From Octopus vulgaris (lineage: Eukaryota): 64,000 nt of DNA. Of this stretch, positions 1 through 14,064 are shown piece after piece; the first letter of the stretch is position 1, and every line of letters begins with the position of its first letter. The notes under the pieces were generated by a model. The model made no database searches and had not been told where the DNA came from. It saw only the letters and a list, made by a program, of their open reading frames with translations. The stretch lies in contig OX597818.1 of the NCBI GenBank assembly GCA_951406725.2, positions 59,644,001 to 59,708,000 on the forward strand. The letters are read 5' to 3'. A program made the position numbers and the translations under genes.

Positions 1-1037
1 AGTAAGGCCATGTTTCGCAATGTCAATTAACAAAGCGCAGTGTCAAACACTGTATGTGGCGGGAATACATTTGGGAGAGCCATGTTCCTCTCATGGTCAG
101 CTTTATGTTGGCTGCTCGTGTGTCGGCAGCAACAGTGATGCTTTCGCATTCGTTCCACAACGAAAAACAAAAAAACATTGTGTACAAGGAGGTTTTATAG
201 GATTACTACGTTTCATCATTTTTGAACACGTTAGTATTTCACATACGACTCTCTTTTATGATGGCATTTACATTTTTAGGCGTTTCATGACATTAATTCA
301 CACTTAACCAACACCTGTCTTTCGCTCACCTCTATTTATATCCATTCATCATCAAACCACCTGCCTCATCTTCTATATCCAACGTACATAACACATCTAC
401 CACCTACATCTACACTCTCACTGTTAAATTTTACATAAGCGACAACACGATTGCAACATACACTTTGGAAACTAAGCAACAGATCATTTTATACAACAAC
501 AAATTTAATCATAACGCCCATCAATGAAAACATCTCCACCACTGTGTTGTGATTCATCTAATCAGCACCACTACAGTCTTGCCGGTCTGACATATGGTTA
601 ATAGATGCTATTGTTCTATATTTTATAATTTACCCATATTTACTTACCCATGCTTCATTCCCCTCTTGCCTACATAGGGCATCCGTTCTCTTTTAACACA
701 GCATGAAGTTTTGTAACAGCACATCCGCTGCCGTTCGTGGAAAACGAAGAGACCCTATTCACCTGCGAACGTTTTACATCGACTTCCACGACTATCAAAT
801 TCTTACAATTATGAGAACAATAACATGGCTCTTTTCAAGGCAACCTCGCATTCAATTCTTACACCATTCTACGAGGGGGTAGGAACCCCTTTACACGAAT
901 TTCTATACACTTACAAATACATTCATTCGCCGTAAACTTATATCAATATTTGCCTGAATAATCATAATAATTCAGTGCAATCATTAACAGTACTTTCAAG
1001 CAATTCAGCCCCGAGCAACGCCGGGCAATTCTGCTAG
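1..1037 (+). mobile_element. Helitron 3' portion
   Basis: Helicase end, then 3' non-coding region, subterminal hairpin CCCGAGCAACGCCGGG (~1010-1025) and terminal CTAG at 1034-1037 followed by T. Confidence 0.85.
2..200 (+). pseudogene. Helitron RepHel PIF1-like helicase C-terminus (degenerate, cut by window edge)
   Basis: Reads VRPCFAMSINKAQCQTLYVAGIHLGEPCSSHGQLYVGCSCV, matching the Helitron helicase motif FAMTINKSQGQ...PCFSHGQLYVACSRV. After a frameshift in an A-run it ends TKNIVYKEVL*, a typical RepHel terminus. Confidence 0.9.
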
Positions 1038-1077
1038 TATATATATAATAACAATATAATAAATAAATAAAATATAT

Positions 1078-1087
1078 GCATATATAC

Positions 1088-1151
<64 letters not shown>

Positions 1152-1170
1152 TATATACATATATATATAC

Positions 1171-1257
<87 letters not shown>

Positions 1258-1268
1258 TATATATATAT
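1078..1268. repeat. (TA)n/(CA)n microsatellite (representative of dozens in the window)
   Basis: Direct reading; such tracts produce the YIYIYI ORFs in the track. Confidence 0.98.
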
Positions 1269-1975
1269 AAGAGAAAGATTAAATTGTATTGTACTTTGTA
1301 TCTGTGTGTGTGAATACGTAGATATAAAATTAAGCTTTCACATAAATGTCTTCGTTCAACAGAAAATATACTGGCGTACGTATTCATGAGATTAGTTTGA
1401 CTAATATAACACAAGTATTAAGTAGAAAAGAAAAAAATGGAATCACATGATACTTCGTATTTTTTATGCAATAAAAAGTGTTAGTGTATCCATTTTTATG
1501 AGTTTTGAGACAACACGAAATTTTGTATTAGGACATGACGTATTTAACTGACCAAGGTAGAGTTTATACTGATCTTCTGCTTATCGAAATTTTGGGTATT
1601 TTTTTCCTTATACAAAAACCATGTATGGATTAAATGACTAAGTTAATATGACACTTGTATTTCGAAAGGAAGATACACGGGATGTAAATTCGCTTGGAAC
1701 TTCTCATCAATGGTTTTACAAGTGACGGGGTTTCTATTCACAGAAAATGCTTCCCCATTGTTTTGCACCATTTATATGTGTTGGTGTATTTGTTCTTGGT
1801 AATACCATTCCAAATCCATTGTGATAGCGTGGGAGACACACATCCTGAGCTTGCAAATCTGTCTCATTGCAAGCCTTTATTCAAATATGTATATGCACAC
1901 ACTCACATACACACAAATGGGTAGAGATCGTGCCTCCAAATCGTGGCACCCGCAGACGTAATTGGACTATATGAA

Positions 1976-2706
1976 TATTCTTTTCCACTCTAGGCACAAT
2001 GCCCGAAATTTGGAGTGTACTGTGTTTATTGACCCCAAAAGGATGAAAGGGAAAGTCGACCTCAGCGGGATTTGAACTCAGACCGTAACGACAGACGAAA
2101 TACCTATTTCTTTACTACCCACAAGGAGCAAAACACAGAGGGGACAAACAAGGACAAACAAAACGGATTAGGTCGATTATATCGACTCCAGTGCGTAACT
2201 AGTACTTAATTTATCGACCCCGAAAGGATGAATGGTAAAGTCAACCTCGGCGGAATTTGAACTCAGACCGTAACTACAAACGAAATACCTATTTCTTTAC
2301 TGCCCACAAGGGGCAAAACACAGAGGAGAAAACAAGGACAAGCAAAACGGATTAGGTCGATTATATCGACTCCAGTGCGTAACTGGTACTTAATTTACCG
2401 ACCCTAAAAGGATGAATGGTAGAGTTGACCTCGGCGGAATTTGAACTCAGAACGTAAAGACAGACGAAATATCTATTTCTTTATTACCCACAAGGGGCTA
2501 AACACAGAGGGGACAAACAAGGACAGACAAAACGGATTAGGTCGATTATATCGACCCCACTGCGTAACTGGTACTTAATTTATCGACCCCGAAAGGATGA
2601 AAGGCAAAGTAGACCTCGGCGGAATTTGAATTCAGAACGTAAAGATAGACGAAATACCGCTAAGAATTTCGCCCGGCGTGCCAACGTTTCTGCCAGCTCG
2701 CCTCCT
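1976..2706 (-). mobile_element. tRNA-derived SINE family S1 (Nin/Deu-like central domain), head plus 4 tandem bodies
   Basis: Reverse complement begins GGCGAGCTGGCAGAAACGTT, has B box GAATTCAAATTCC and GCCTTTCATCCTTTCGGGGTCGATAAATTAAGTACC. The ~182-bp body is repeated and the last unit carries an alternative tail. Confidence 0.85.
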
Positions 2707-3014
2707 GGGACTGTATGAATATTAGTCCACACTTCCTTCTCTTATTGCATGTATTGCATAACAATTTATGAAAACATCATTTTAATTATTTCAATTTTAC
2801 ACACTCTGCAACGCTTATATTTAAGCCTACAGGATCTTAGTTAGAAGTAGTTTAATGCTTACGTTATTATGTATCGATGTGTTACGGATCTCCTTTCGAT
2901 CATGTGATACTACAGTATCCAGAATCCTGCATGATGCACTAATCGGGCGATAGACAGAAATATAATTTTTCCGTCAATCTCAGTAATTATACATGTGTGA
3001 GCTTGTGTGTTTAT

Positions 3015-3045
<31 letters not shown>

Positions 3046-3238
3046 CATACACATTCATGCGCACATACATATAATTACGCACATGCGTACAGGCATACAT
3101 ACATATGCATAAACATATATATAAATATATAACACCGACGGGAATGTACCGTAGCTTTTCGCTCCGACATTGGAAACTCCGAGTTCAATAATGACAACCT
3201 TTTACTGTTTATTATAAATTATAATACGCACACACGCG

Positions 3239-3311
<73 letters not shown>

Positions 3312-3579
3312 GCATTACATGCTTCCACTCGTGCATAGAGGATGCATACATAAGTGGAATTGACTATATGTAATATACTAGAACGTCTTCGCTATAAACA
3401 TTAACAACTAAATTTTTGTTTATTGATGTTCATTACACGTTTGTTACCATCCAGTAAAGATCTGTATTGTTATCATCGCCAGTCTTGTGTTCTACCTATA
3501 ATATAATGCTCTGAATTTCGGGTTATCTTTGTTAATAATTTATTTCTGTATTGTACCTTTGCTGCTCCGTAGTTAAGTC

Positions 3580-5000
3580 GTAACAGAAAGAGGAGACAGA
3601 ATAGTTACACAGGTCTTATGTATATGTTCACTCAGGGGCATTTTTTCTCGTGCAGGTCTCCCTGATTTCTTTGACAGTTTACCGTCATTGTTTTTCTAAT
3701 TGTCATTCATTCCTGTTTGTCCGATGTAGTGTTCTTTACATACCTTACATGATGTGATGTAAGTTAGGTTGTCCAAATTGCAGCAGAATTTTATTTTAAT
3801 TTCGAATGCGGGGCCTTCAATTTGGAATCCGCCATTAGGTAGCTCTCTACTGCACACTTTGGTCGATTACGTTTACTTACTGTAGAGGCGTGTACCTTTA
3901 CGTTGATTAGCATCATTTTTACTCCGTCAATTGCTTTTAACTGGATCCTTTCCTAATACTCTTTTCACTTTTGGGGTCCTTTTATATTACTAGTAATTTT
4001 AGACTGACGTTGATGAACATCTCAATATTCCTAACAGTTAAAATATATAATCTAATAGTTATTTTTTTATTGTTTTTTTCAGTTTTGGATTTTGTTCTTT
4101 GAAGTCGTTGGCTATTCATCAGTTTGGCTTTCTGAATCTCGATCAGTTTTATGGGATATTTTCTGAGGGTAACCATATTGTTCATTTCGCCTAATCTTCG
4201 GTCTCTTGTTTCATGGCCCGATACAATTGTACGGATTTGTTTTGTTAGATTGGGTGAAATGTTGCTTTGAGTGTGTTCTGGGTGATATGATATATGTGGG
4301 GTAATATTGTCATCATTCTTGAGTTTAATGTATGCACCTGCTCACGGTATCATGTATCTTCATGTAAATAAAATGTCTATGCAAGACAGTTTATTGTTGG
4401 TGATAGTTAAGGGGAATTAAATGTGAGGTTTTATGGTCATTATAAAATTTTGGAATTGTTTCAATTTATGAGTAATTTCATTCTATAACAAGAAGCAATC
4501 CTAGAAAAACTTCTTCCAGTTCTCTATCAAAATATTGCTGAATTCTCCAAAAGTTTAGAGGGTGTTTCATAGTTATTAAGATGATGACATCCCAGGACTA
4601 AGTTGGCACATGTTGGGGCAACTTTCGTTCCCAAGGCTGAACCTGACGTTTGTTGATAGGTAGTGAATTGGATCATGCACTAGGTGTTCTTTAATATTGA
4701 TTAGAGCCATCTAAAATATATTTTCTATCTACGCATTCCAGTAGTTCATAAGAAAATGAGTCTAACCAATAATGTATAATTTTGATTCTATAATTAAGAG
4801 AAATATCGCTATGTATGTTCAGAATATCATATGTGATGTTAAGATATTATCATTTATTGTGTTTGGTAGATTGTTCAGTACATCCAAATCGTTATGAATA
4901 AAGCACCTTATCTCCTTCAGGGAAGGTATTTGTAGAATGAGTCAATATTCATTTATTTATATAGAGGTGCAATACAGTTTGGTAAAGGTATGAAGACTAG
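3580..5000 (-). pseudogene. Degenerate Penelope-like element RT + GIY-YIG endonuclease
   Basis: Minus-strand fragments: IRCFIHNDLDVLNNLPNTI (~4860-4915), YQQTSGSALGTKVAPTCANLVLG (~4590-4660; PLE QxxGTAMG motif) and HYIGQTG (~3712-3735). Many stops and frameshifts. Confidence 0.8.
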
Positions 5001-6221
5001 CAGCTAGAGTGTTGCGTTCAATATTGTAAGATCGTATTTCTATTTCCGGTACGAGCGATATTTTGTGTTGAATATATTATCGGTTTAGTCCATACGGTTC
5101 ATGTCTACTCATTCAATTAACACATGAATATTTTTGTATCTGAAGAAATTACTGAAAACTTCAGTGAGTGCTTCTCTGCTATCACTCAAACACCTAACGC
5201 GTGTCACTATACAAATAACGTCATTTTGACAGTAGAAGTGAGGTAACGTACAGCACAAATATTTTAAGACTAAAAACAAATCAGTTGTGTAGATTGATCG
5301 GAAAGATGTTATGAAACATATTTTTCACTTACGACATACGAGTCCAGCAATGTTATCGAAATGTCACGAAGATTGATCATTTCTGCTTAATGTTTCAGAA
5401 AGAATAAGTAAAAACGTATGCTGTGACACAGCTACCATTAATCATGTCTAACTTCACGATTCAATGATAATTGTATTTATTGGAGAAGTGCATTCTTATT
5501 AAGTTTCGGACATTTATCATAATGTATATGGTTACACCCATGGAAAAACGAAGTTGATGCCGTAATATTTTACGTCTTCTATCGTTGTATCATTTTCGCT
5601 TATACATCAGAACCAGAACAGGTGTACGGCAGTGAACAAAGCTGCAAATGGGAAAAATATGAGCGTACATGAATTATAACTTACGGTACGACAAAAATGG
5701 ATTGAATTTTATTAAGTGTTGAGAGCTAACGGGAGTAATGTAAAAAAGGAAATACAATAAACCTCCAATAATTCTGTGAACAAATAACCGAAGCGCTCAA
5801 GAAGCCGTGTCCAGAAAATGTAAATTACGGGTAGATTATGAAAGACGATTTTGACGGTAGAGGAAGGTAAACCGATTGTTATTTATGCTATAATATTGGA
5901 CGGTATTGAAAATATTAATGAAATATTGGTTTCAACTTTGGGTATTCAGACATTTTCAATATTTTACGTTATTTTCATTTCAATATTTTATGACAATATG
6001 GATCTCGCACGTCAAATCGGTTTCGGGCAATCGGCCACGAAATTCAGAGCCCAACAAGTAGCTTCTAACATTGATTAAATTACACGCACGCACGCGCGCG
6101 CGTTTATACACACATATGCTTGCACATACACACGCAAACGCACACAAACACACTCAAACGCAAGCATACATAAACACACATATTCATAGACGAACATGAA
6201 CATATATACATATATACACTT

Positions 6222-6631
6222 TTATTCTTTTACTTGTTTCAGTCATTTGACTGCGGTCATACTGGAGCACCGCCTTTAATCGAGCAACTCGACCCCGGGA
6301 CTTATTCTTTTGTAAGCCTAGTACTTATTATATTGGTCTCTTTTCCCGAACCGCTAAGTAACGGGGACATAAACACACCAACATCGGTTTTCAAGCGATG
6401 CTAGGGGTACAAACGCAGACACACAAACACACAAACACACGCATATATATATATATATACATATATACGACGTCCTTCTTTCAGTTTCCGTCTACCAAAT
6501 CCACTCACAAGGCTTTGGTCGGCCCGAGGCTATAGTAGAAGACACTTGCCCAAGGTGCCACGCAGTGGGACTGAACCCAGAACCATGTGGTTGGTAAGCA
6601 AGCTACTTACCACACCGCCACTCCTGCGCCT
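6222..6631 (-). mobile_element. tRNA-derived CORE-like SINE family S2 with internal microsatellite
   Basis: Head GGCGCAGGAGTGGC...GGTTCAGTCCC, CORE-like ACCTTGGGCAAGTG, internal (TA)/(TG) tract, tail ending CAGTCAAATGACTGAAACAAGTAAAAGA. Confidence 0.85.
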
Positions 6632-6654
6632 ATATGTATAACACACATATATAT

Positions 6655-6870
6655 ATTAGTTTCAAATTTTAGCACAAGCCCGGTATTTTCCGGAGAGCGT
6701 CTACCTCGATAAAATCAACCCTAGTACACAACTGGTACTTATTCTATTGACCCTGCACGAATGAAAGCCAAAGTCGTTATTGGCAGTATTTGAACTCAAA
6801 ATGCAAAGACGGTCGAATTGCAGATAAGCATTTTGCTCGGCGTGCTAACGGTTCTACCATCGCGTCCCCT
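6655..6870 (-). mobile_element. Old diverged S1 SINE copy
   Basis: Similarity to S1 (ACTGGTACTTATTCTATTGACCC, TTTGAACTCA, CGGCGTGCTAACG). Confidence 0.65.
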
Positions 6871-7323
6871 ATGTACACACACACATAAATACACGCACAC
6901 ACAAACACACACATATAAATGTTGGTTTTTATGTCGAATAACAGTTATAATTTGCAATAAATTTGTGGATTGCAGAATATTTTTTTGTAATATCGGCTGG
7001 GTTGACTATAACAAGAACATCAGTAAAAATATATGATATGCCACTAGTAGTGTACCAGTACTTAATTTCGTTAATACACGAGGCTGAAAAGAGTGGCCGT
7101 AAGTAGGGTTTAGTTTTCTAACAATGAGCGCACGGCACCATTCGTCAGCGGACTGCCATAGTTTTTAAACACTATTACAAAGCCTCGTTTTCATCCCAAA
7201 GCTTCGTTTCCATTCCAAAGCCTCGTTTTATTAAGAGTAGTAAGCATAACATGTATAGTTATAGTTATAATATCTATATTATAGTAACTATAATATAGTT
7301 GTAGTTATAATGTAGTTATAATA

Positions 7324-7910
7324 AGGCGGCGAGCTCGCAGAATCGTTTGCACGCCGGGCGAAATGCTTAGCGGTATTTCGTCTGACGCTACGTTCTGATA
7401 TCAAATTTCGCCGAGGTCGACTTTACCATTCATCCTTTCGGGGTCGATAAATTTAGTACCAGTTGCGCACTGGAGTCGATATAATCGACCTAATCCGCTT
7501 TGTCTGTCCTTGTTTGTCCCCTCTGTGTTTTGCTCCTTGTGGGTAGTAAAGAAATAGGAATTTCGTTTGTCGTTATGGTCTGAGTTCAAATTCCGCCGAG
7601 TTCGACTTTGCCTTTCATCCTTTCGGGGTCGATAAATTGAGTACCACTTACGCACTGGGATTCATGTAACCGACTAAATCAGTCTGTCTGTCCTTGTTTG
7701 TCCCCTCTGTGTTTAGCCCCTTGTGGGTACTAAAGAAATAGGTATTTCGTCTGCTTTTACGTTCTGATTTCAAATTCCTCCGATGTCGACTTTGCTTTTA
7801 ATCATTTCGGTGTCGATAAATTAAGTACCAGTTGCGTATTGGAGTCGATATAATCGACTGGACCCCCTCACCAAAAAATTCGGTCCTCGTGTCTAGAATA
7901 GAAAAGAATA
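7324..7910 (+). mobile_element. S1 SINE, head plus 3 tandem bodies
   Basis: GGCGGCGAGCTCGCAGAA head; bodies restart near 7559 and 7741; alternative tail on the last unit. Confidence 0.85.
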
Positions 7911-8455
7911 ATATCAATTATTATTACAATAGTTATTATCTATAACGCTGCGACATTACATCCATAACTTCAAATATCTGGAAGCTTTTGCTATTCTATT
8001 CATGATGCATAACGGATATGTGACAATGACGTCTTAATCATATCAAACTAGAATTCTCTGCATCTGATAAATGCCGCCTCAAATACTTGTTTCTTCGCTG
8101 TTAAAAAGAAAAGAGTTTCTTTTCAGAATGAAGTGGTCAATACACATTTCAACATCGATGTTATTTCTTCTTTGAAAATCACAGAATTTCTTAAATGTTA
8201 AAAGAAAACTTTCATCTGCTTTTCTTTTGCTTCACTGTCTTTTTGCCTGTAAAGATTAGTAAAACACATCAGGTATTCATTACATAACCATTACAGTGAG
8301 AAAAATTGATTATCCCCACACGTACGTCACATTCATTGAAAATGAAATCAATGTATTGACATGCATATATATGCACATGTGTCTATAGATTTTTTAGTGC
8401 ATGTGTATATATATGTGTGGATGTGTGGGTATGTACGTGTGTATATAAACATCTA

Positions 8456-8530
<75 letters not shown>

Positions 8531-9411
8531 TTGTGTGTATAATCAATAATTTTTTAATATATTGTACATATATAATCTTTACGCAATATTTTTATTAGAT
8601 TTTAAATGGATTTTTTAACGAAGCATTCCGTTAAAATAGTTCTGTTTTTTAAAATGTGTTAAGCTATAATTTTTTTAAACTGGAAATTATTCGAGCTCTG
8701 TTCATGTTGATAAATATAATTATGCACAACCACTGCTTTTTTTGCACTGAGTAATGTGAGTTTCTATATTTTATCTTTGCTGTTTCAGTCTTTTCTCTCG
8801 AAGAATTGTTTAAAACTTCTTTAAAACATTGCATCGAAGTTTTCACCGCATGCACTCAAAATTTGTTAACCTATTGCATATGCCCTATAAGTTGCCTTTC
8901 GTCTCTCCGTTCCAATCATCTGACATCGGAACCGTGAAACAAGTAATAAGGATTTGTAGAATTATAGGTCCTATTATATGCAATGAATTACCCTATTTTG
9001 GGGATATGCTATTCTGTAGACGACTGCATTGTATGAGACAATGCTGCACCACGAACCCCTATTTCTTCATCTATTTAGTGGGTCTTTACTTTCATACGTT
9101 TCTATTCCAATTATGTGAATGTGGTCGATGGGATTTTTGTCCACTTTATGGTTAGAACGTATCTAAAATAAACCAGCAGATATGGTCTGTTTTTATGCCT
9201 GATAGCAATGACCATTCCAGCTGCCAGAAACCTCCCTTCTATTGTGATTAACCTTAAATGTTCTGATTCATCACGCGAAGACTAATGGGTTTTATAGAGA
9301 GAAATATACTCTTACCCTAAAAGGCTAGCATTATTGATCACGAAATACTTCATAGCCATATATTTCAGAGACTCCCGATATCACAAGACGCTTTTCTAGC
9401 TGTTAGTATTG

Positions 9412-9784
9412 TCGGCGAGCTGGCAGAAACGTTAGCACGCCGGGCGAAATGCTTAGCGTTATTTCTTCTGCCTTTACGTTCTGAGTTCGACTTCCGCCGC
9501 GGTCGACTTTGCCTTTCATCCTTTCGGGATCGACTTAATCCGTCTCTCTGTCCTTGCTTGTTTCCTCTGTGTTTAGCCCCTTGTGAGTAGTAAAGAAGCA
9601 GGTATTTCGTCTGCCGCTACGTTCTGAGTTCAAATTCCATTGAGGTCGGCTTTGCCTTATATCCTTTCGGGGACGATTAAATAAGTACCAGTTAAGCACT
9701 GGGATCGATATAATCGGCTTAATCCGTTTGTCTGTCTTTGTTTATCCCCTCTGTGTGTAGCCCCTTGTGGATAGTAAAGAAATA
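9412..9784 (+). mobile_element. S1 SINE, 2 bodies, with TSD
   Basis: AGTATTGTC flanks both ends; first body has an internal deletion. Confidence 0.85.
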
Positions 9785-10358
9785 AGTATTGTCAGACGAA
9801 AGACATTTTAAACTGGAACCACTTCTGTCGTGTGTCATCGCTGGAACAGAACAGATTCGAAGGCGGCTTTAGTGTTTTAAATTTTTTTTAGGAAAACTAT
9901 CAATCGAATTACTCATATTACTAATCACATTAAATTTCATCTAAAGTACATTTTAAGTGAAACAATATCCGAGTAATGTATTTTAATTAATCCATTATCA
10001 AGTGTAATAATGGCTAAACTTTTCTGAAAGAAAAAATAACATCAGCATTCATAATCCAGCTTTATTTTATTTTTATTTTAATTTTTATACTATGCCCATA
10101 TATTTGAACCCTTACTTGTAGCCGTAAATATTTAAGAGATATTTTCTTAATATTAAGCATTTATAAAAAAATCGTTGGAGGTTACTTGAAGCATTGTGAT
10201 AAAGAGGTGAAATAGACAAACCAAAAAAGACGGAGAGCTTCTTATAATACAGACAGGAAATTTTGAAAGAACATTTATGTATTACAGTAAAAAACGTCCA
10301 TACATGAGTCAATGTCGGTCGTGTTAATCCCCTTAATATAAAGACTAACATCACTTAA

Positions 10359-10775
10359 GGCGGCGAGCTGGCAGAACCGTTAGTACGCCGGGCGAAATGC
10401 TTAACAGTATTTCATCTGTCTTTACGTTCTGAGTTCAAATTCCACCGAGGTCGACTTTGTCTTTCATCCTTTCGGAGTCGATAAATTAAGTACCAGTTAC
10501 GCACTGGGGTCGATATAATCGACTTAATCCGTTTATCTGTCCGTTATTGTCCTCTCTGTGTTTAGCCCCTTGTGGGCAATAAAGAAATAGGTATTTCATC
10601 TGTCTTTACGTTCTGAGTTCAAATTCCGCCGAGATCGACTTTGCCTTTCATCCTTTCGGAGTCGATTAAATAAGTACCAGTTACGCACTGGAGTCGATGT
10701 AATCGACTTAATCCGTTTGTCTGGCCTTGTTTGTCCTCTCTGTGTTTAGCCCCTTGTGGGCAGTAAAGAAATAGT
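10359..10775 (+). mobile_element. S1 SINE, 2 bodies, with TSD
   Basis: Flanked by TAAAGACTAACATC(A/G)CTT on both sides. Confidence 0.88.
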
Positions 10776-11401
10776 AAAGACTAACATCGCTTGACAGTTT
10801 ACTTCTTACGATGGGTCATTTGTGCCTGAAATATATAAAGTTTATTAACCTTCTTCCTGTTCACATTGTAAGAAGCACTTCGAGTTCACTAGGTTCTTAT
10901 GAGCATTTATATTCTGAGACCACTCGCATGTAATCGGATTGAACCCAAATACATATCAACATATAACTTTCTATGTATACACATTTATACGCAGAGGTCT
11001 CCCACATATATAATTGATTAAAACCAATAATACTTATAAACATCTATTATTGAAATAGTAATTCAACATTTCGAAAGCTTACCTTTCAATATAAAATTTA
11101 AAATTCCATTCATTCTGAAATTTCATTTCTATATTTTACTATGAAATACATATTAACGTTTCTAATGCATTTCAGTATATGAGATTTCCTAGAATTTCCA
11201 TAGCCATTCTACAGAATACCACATATAATATGAATTTATTTCTTTACCCAGAAAAATTTTGGATCGATATAATTACAATTACTCAACAAGCAATTATATA
11301 ATCACTTTTTCGATTTTATATCAAAATTCATTAACAATAAATGTGTTAGTTTACACACACGCACACACACACACACACACACACACGCACATACACACCC
11401 A

Positions 11402-11435
<34 letters not shown>

Positions 11436-12144
11436 GAGGCGCGCATACACACATACGCATATATTCCTCTCTGGTTAGTATTACTTCGAAATACGAAAAT
11501 TTTACATATAATTCATATCAGAAACGGTAGATGCTTTCCATTATGAAACTTTATGAAGAGTGACGTATTTCATAATAGTTATCTTACGTAACGGCCAGGT
11601 ATGTATAAGATTTCTCTTAAATTAAAGAAATATTATATCATATGCATAGTTAGTTTTTTGTATGTATGAGAGCATAAATGTATTCGTATCCATACGAGAA
11701 GCTATCTGTGAATATATATGCATATGTGTGTATGTGTGTACATAATTATATTCATATGTACAATGCAATAATACTTGTAATACCGGCATGGTTTCAAGTG
11801 TCAATATTTTTGTCGTGGCTTATTGCATCGTATTTCTGCGATATTTTTTGGTTTTCAAAGAGTTCTGTGTCTCGTGTGATGATATATTACAGATTTAAAA
11901 TTTGCTGAGTGTCCTCAGCGGACTCAAGACGAATGTTGATTTTCGACGACCCTCGACCTTTGAACTAACTTTACAGCCGATCACCTAGCAGGAGGTTTCT
12001 TGCAAATCCTACAGGAATGACTTCTGAGATATGATGCATCAGAATTCGGTTAAAGGTGGCTTATGGCAGAGCAGACCTAACAGAGCAGATATCGTGACTG
12101 AATGTATTCGTATCGATGATAACACATTATAAATTCATTATACT

Positions 12145-12635
<491 letters not shown>

Positions 12636-12695
12636 ATATATATACGCATATAGACATAAACACACACTCTCTCTCTCACACAAACACGCACAGAT

Positions 12696-13147
12696 ATACT
12701 AACTAACGGCATTTTCACTCAACCCCCATATGACTTTAAAATCTTCTGAGACCTGGCGGAATCTATGAAGTAGTAATTATTCAAACAAGTTGTAGAATGC
12801 AAGCTATTCTTCAGGCCAACAGTTGTTTGATTTTATGAAGTTTACATCGTCGTAATGAGATCCCGTGTTGACTAACGATCTTTTGGAGAATTACTACTTC
12901 CGAGGTTCCACCAGCCATGAAATACTAACTAACGGCATTTTCACTCAACCCCCATATGACTTAAAATCTTCTGAGACCTGGCGGAATCTATGAAGTAGTA
13001 ATTATTCAAACAAGGTGTAGAATGCAAGCTACTCTTCAGGCCAACAGTTGTTTGATTTTATGAAGTTTACATCGTCGTAATGAGATCCCGTGTTGACTAA
13101 CGATCTTTTGGAGAATTACTACTTCCGAGGTTCCACCAGCCATGAAA
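12696..13147. repeat. Tandem duplication, ~226-bp unit x2
   Basis: ATACTAACTAACGGC...CCACCAGCCATGAA at 12696 and again at 12922, nearly identical. Confidence 0.95.
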
Positions 13148-13324
13148 TAAATATAGCCTCGATTTTAGCTTCCCTATTCTCTAATTTTGAATCTTTATTC
13201 GCATATACAGGAACACTAGTTCCTAACTGTCAACTTCAAAATAAAGGATTATCAGCTCATCGTACTTCGATACGGGGAAAATTCAAAACAGTCTGCGCCA
13301 ATAAAGCACTCTTGTACCTACAAG

Positions 13325-13368
<44 letters not shown>

Positions 13369-13370
<2 letters not shown>

Positions 13371-13880
13371 TGATGTATATTTGCCACTTAAATGTGGCTA
13401 ACCCTTAAGGGTGGATGCTACTGTAGGTTGTAGCCCCAGGAGGACACCTCATCCAGCTGGCTATTGACACACTTCCTGTGCCCTATCAGAATTTTCAAAG
13501 GGAAGCCATCCTTCCCATCTCCAGCCTGACGTGATACACACGGACCCGAGTTTCTGAGTTTTGACCCGTCATCTGCATGTGACAATCACCGGTTGCCGAT
13601 GTGAAGCGGTTCCTAATGCCCTCCTGGGGCTACAAGCTACAGTAGCATCCACCATTGAAGTGTTAGCCATATTCAAGTGCCAAATATACTTCACATTGTC
13701 GTGCAGCTACTGTTTATACATATTTAAGTGCCAAATATACTTCACATTGTCGTGCAGCTACTGTTTATACACCTCGCTCAGGGTATTTATTATTGCTTGT
13801 TTACACTTTATCGAGATCAGTGACTTTTCTTCACTGTTTGCATTGGGAACCACTTCACATCGACAACCGGCGGTTGTCAC
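13369..13880. mobile_element. Fold-back PLE-terminal or retrozyme-like element (family B) next to (TA)n
   Basis: 13369-13443 is inverted at ~13619-13694; 13580-13620 is inverted at 13840-13880; internal ~49-bp duplication; hammerhead on the minus strand. Confidence 0.7.
13537..13581 (-). ncRNA. Type I hammerhead ribozyme, one core mutation (U4A)
   Basis: CACAUG-CAGAUGA-C GGGU CAAA ACUC A-GAAA-CUCGGG-UC-CGUGUG. Confidence 0.65.
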
Positions 13881-14064
13881 TATTGGGCGTTGGTTGCGAT
13901 TTCTTCGTTGTGAGTTCAAATTGTCACACACTGATATTGTAAGTTTGTTGTAGGTTTCCCCGCGCGGGTGAACCAAGATTCGTTGGATTGTGTAAATTAT
14001 TGAATTTCAGTCACTCTTTCGTTTGCACCTGTATAATCCCTGTCTATGGGAGGAGTGAAGAAAG

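Noticed and set aside
1976-2706. S1 tandem bodies as hammerhead retrozyme monomers
   Set aside because: No CUGANGA/GAAA core with compatible stems was found on either strand.
3135-3190. Possible decayed hammerhead CCGACGG-GAAUGU...ACAUUG-GAAA-CUCCGAG-UU
   Set aside because: Two core mismatches and no stem I; a plausible relic but not annotated.
7105-7155. Minus-strand CUGACGA...GAAA
   Set aside because: Extra bases before GAAA and no stem III or stem I pairing.
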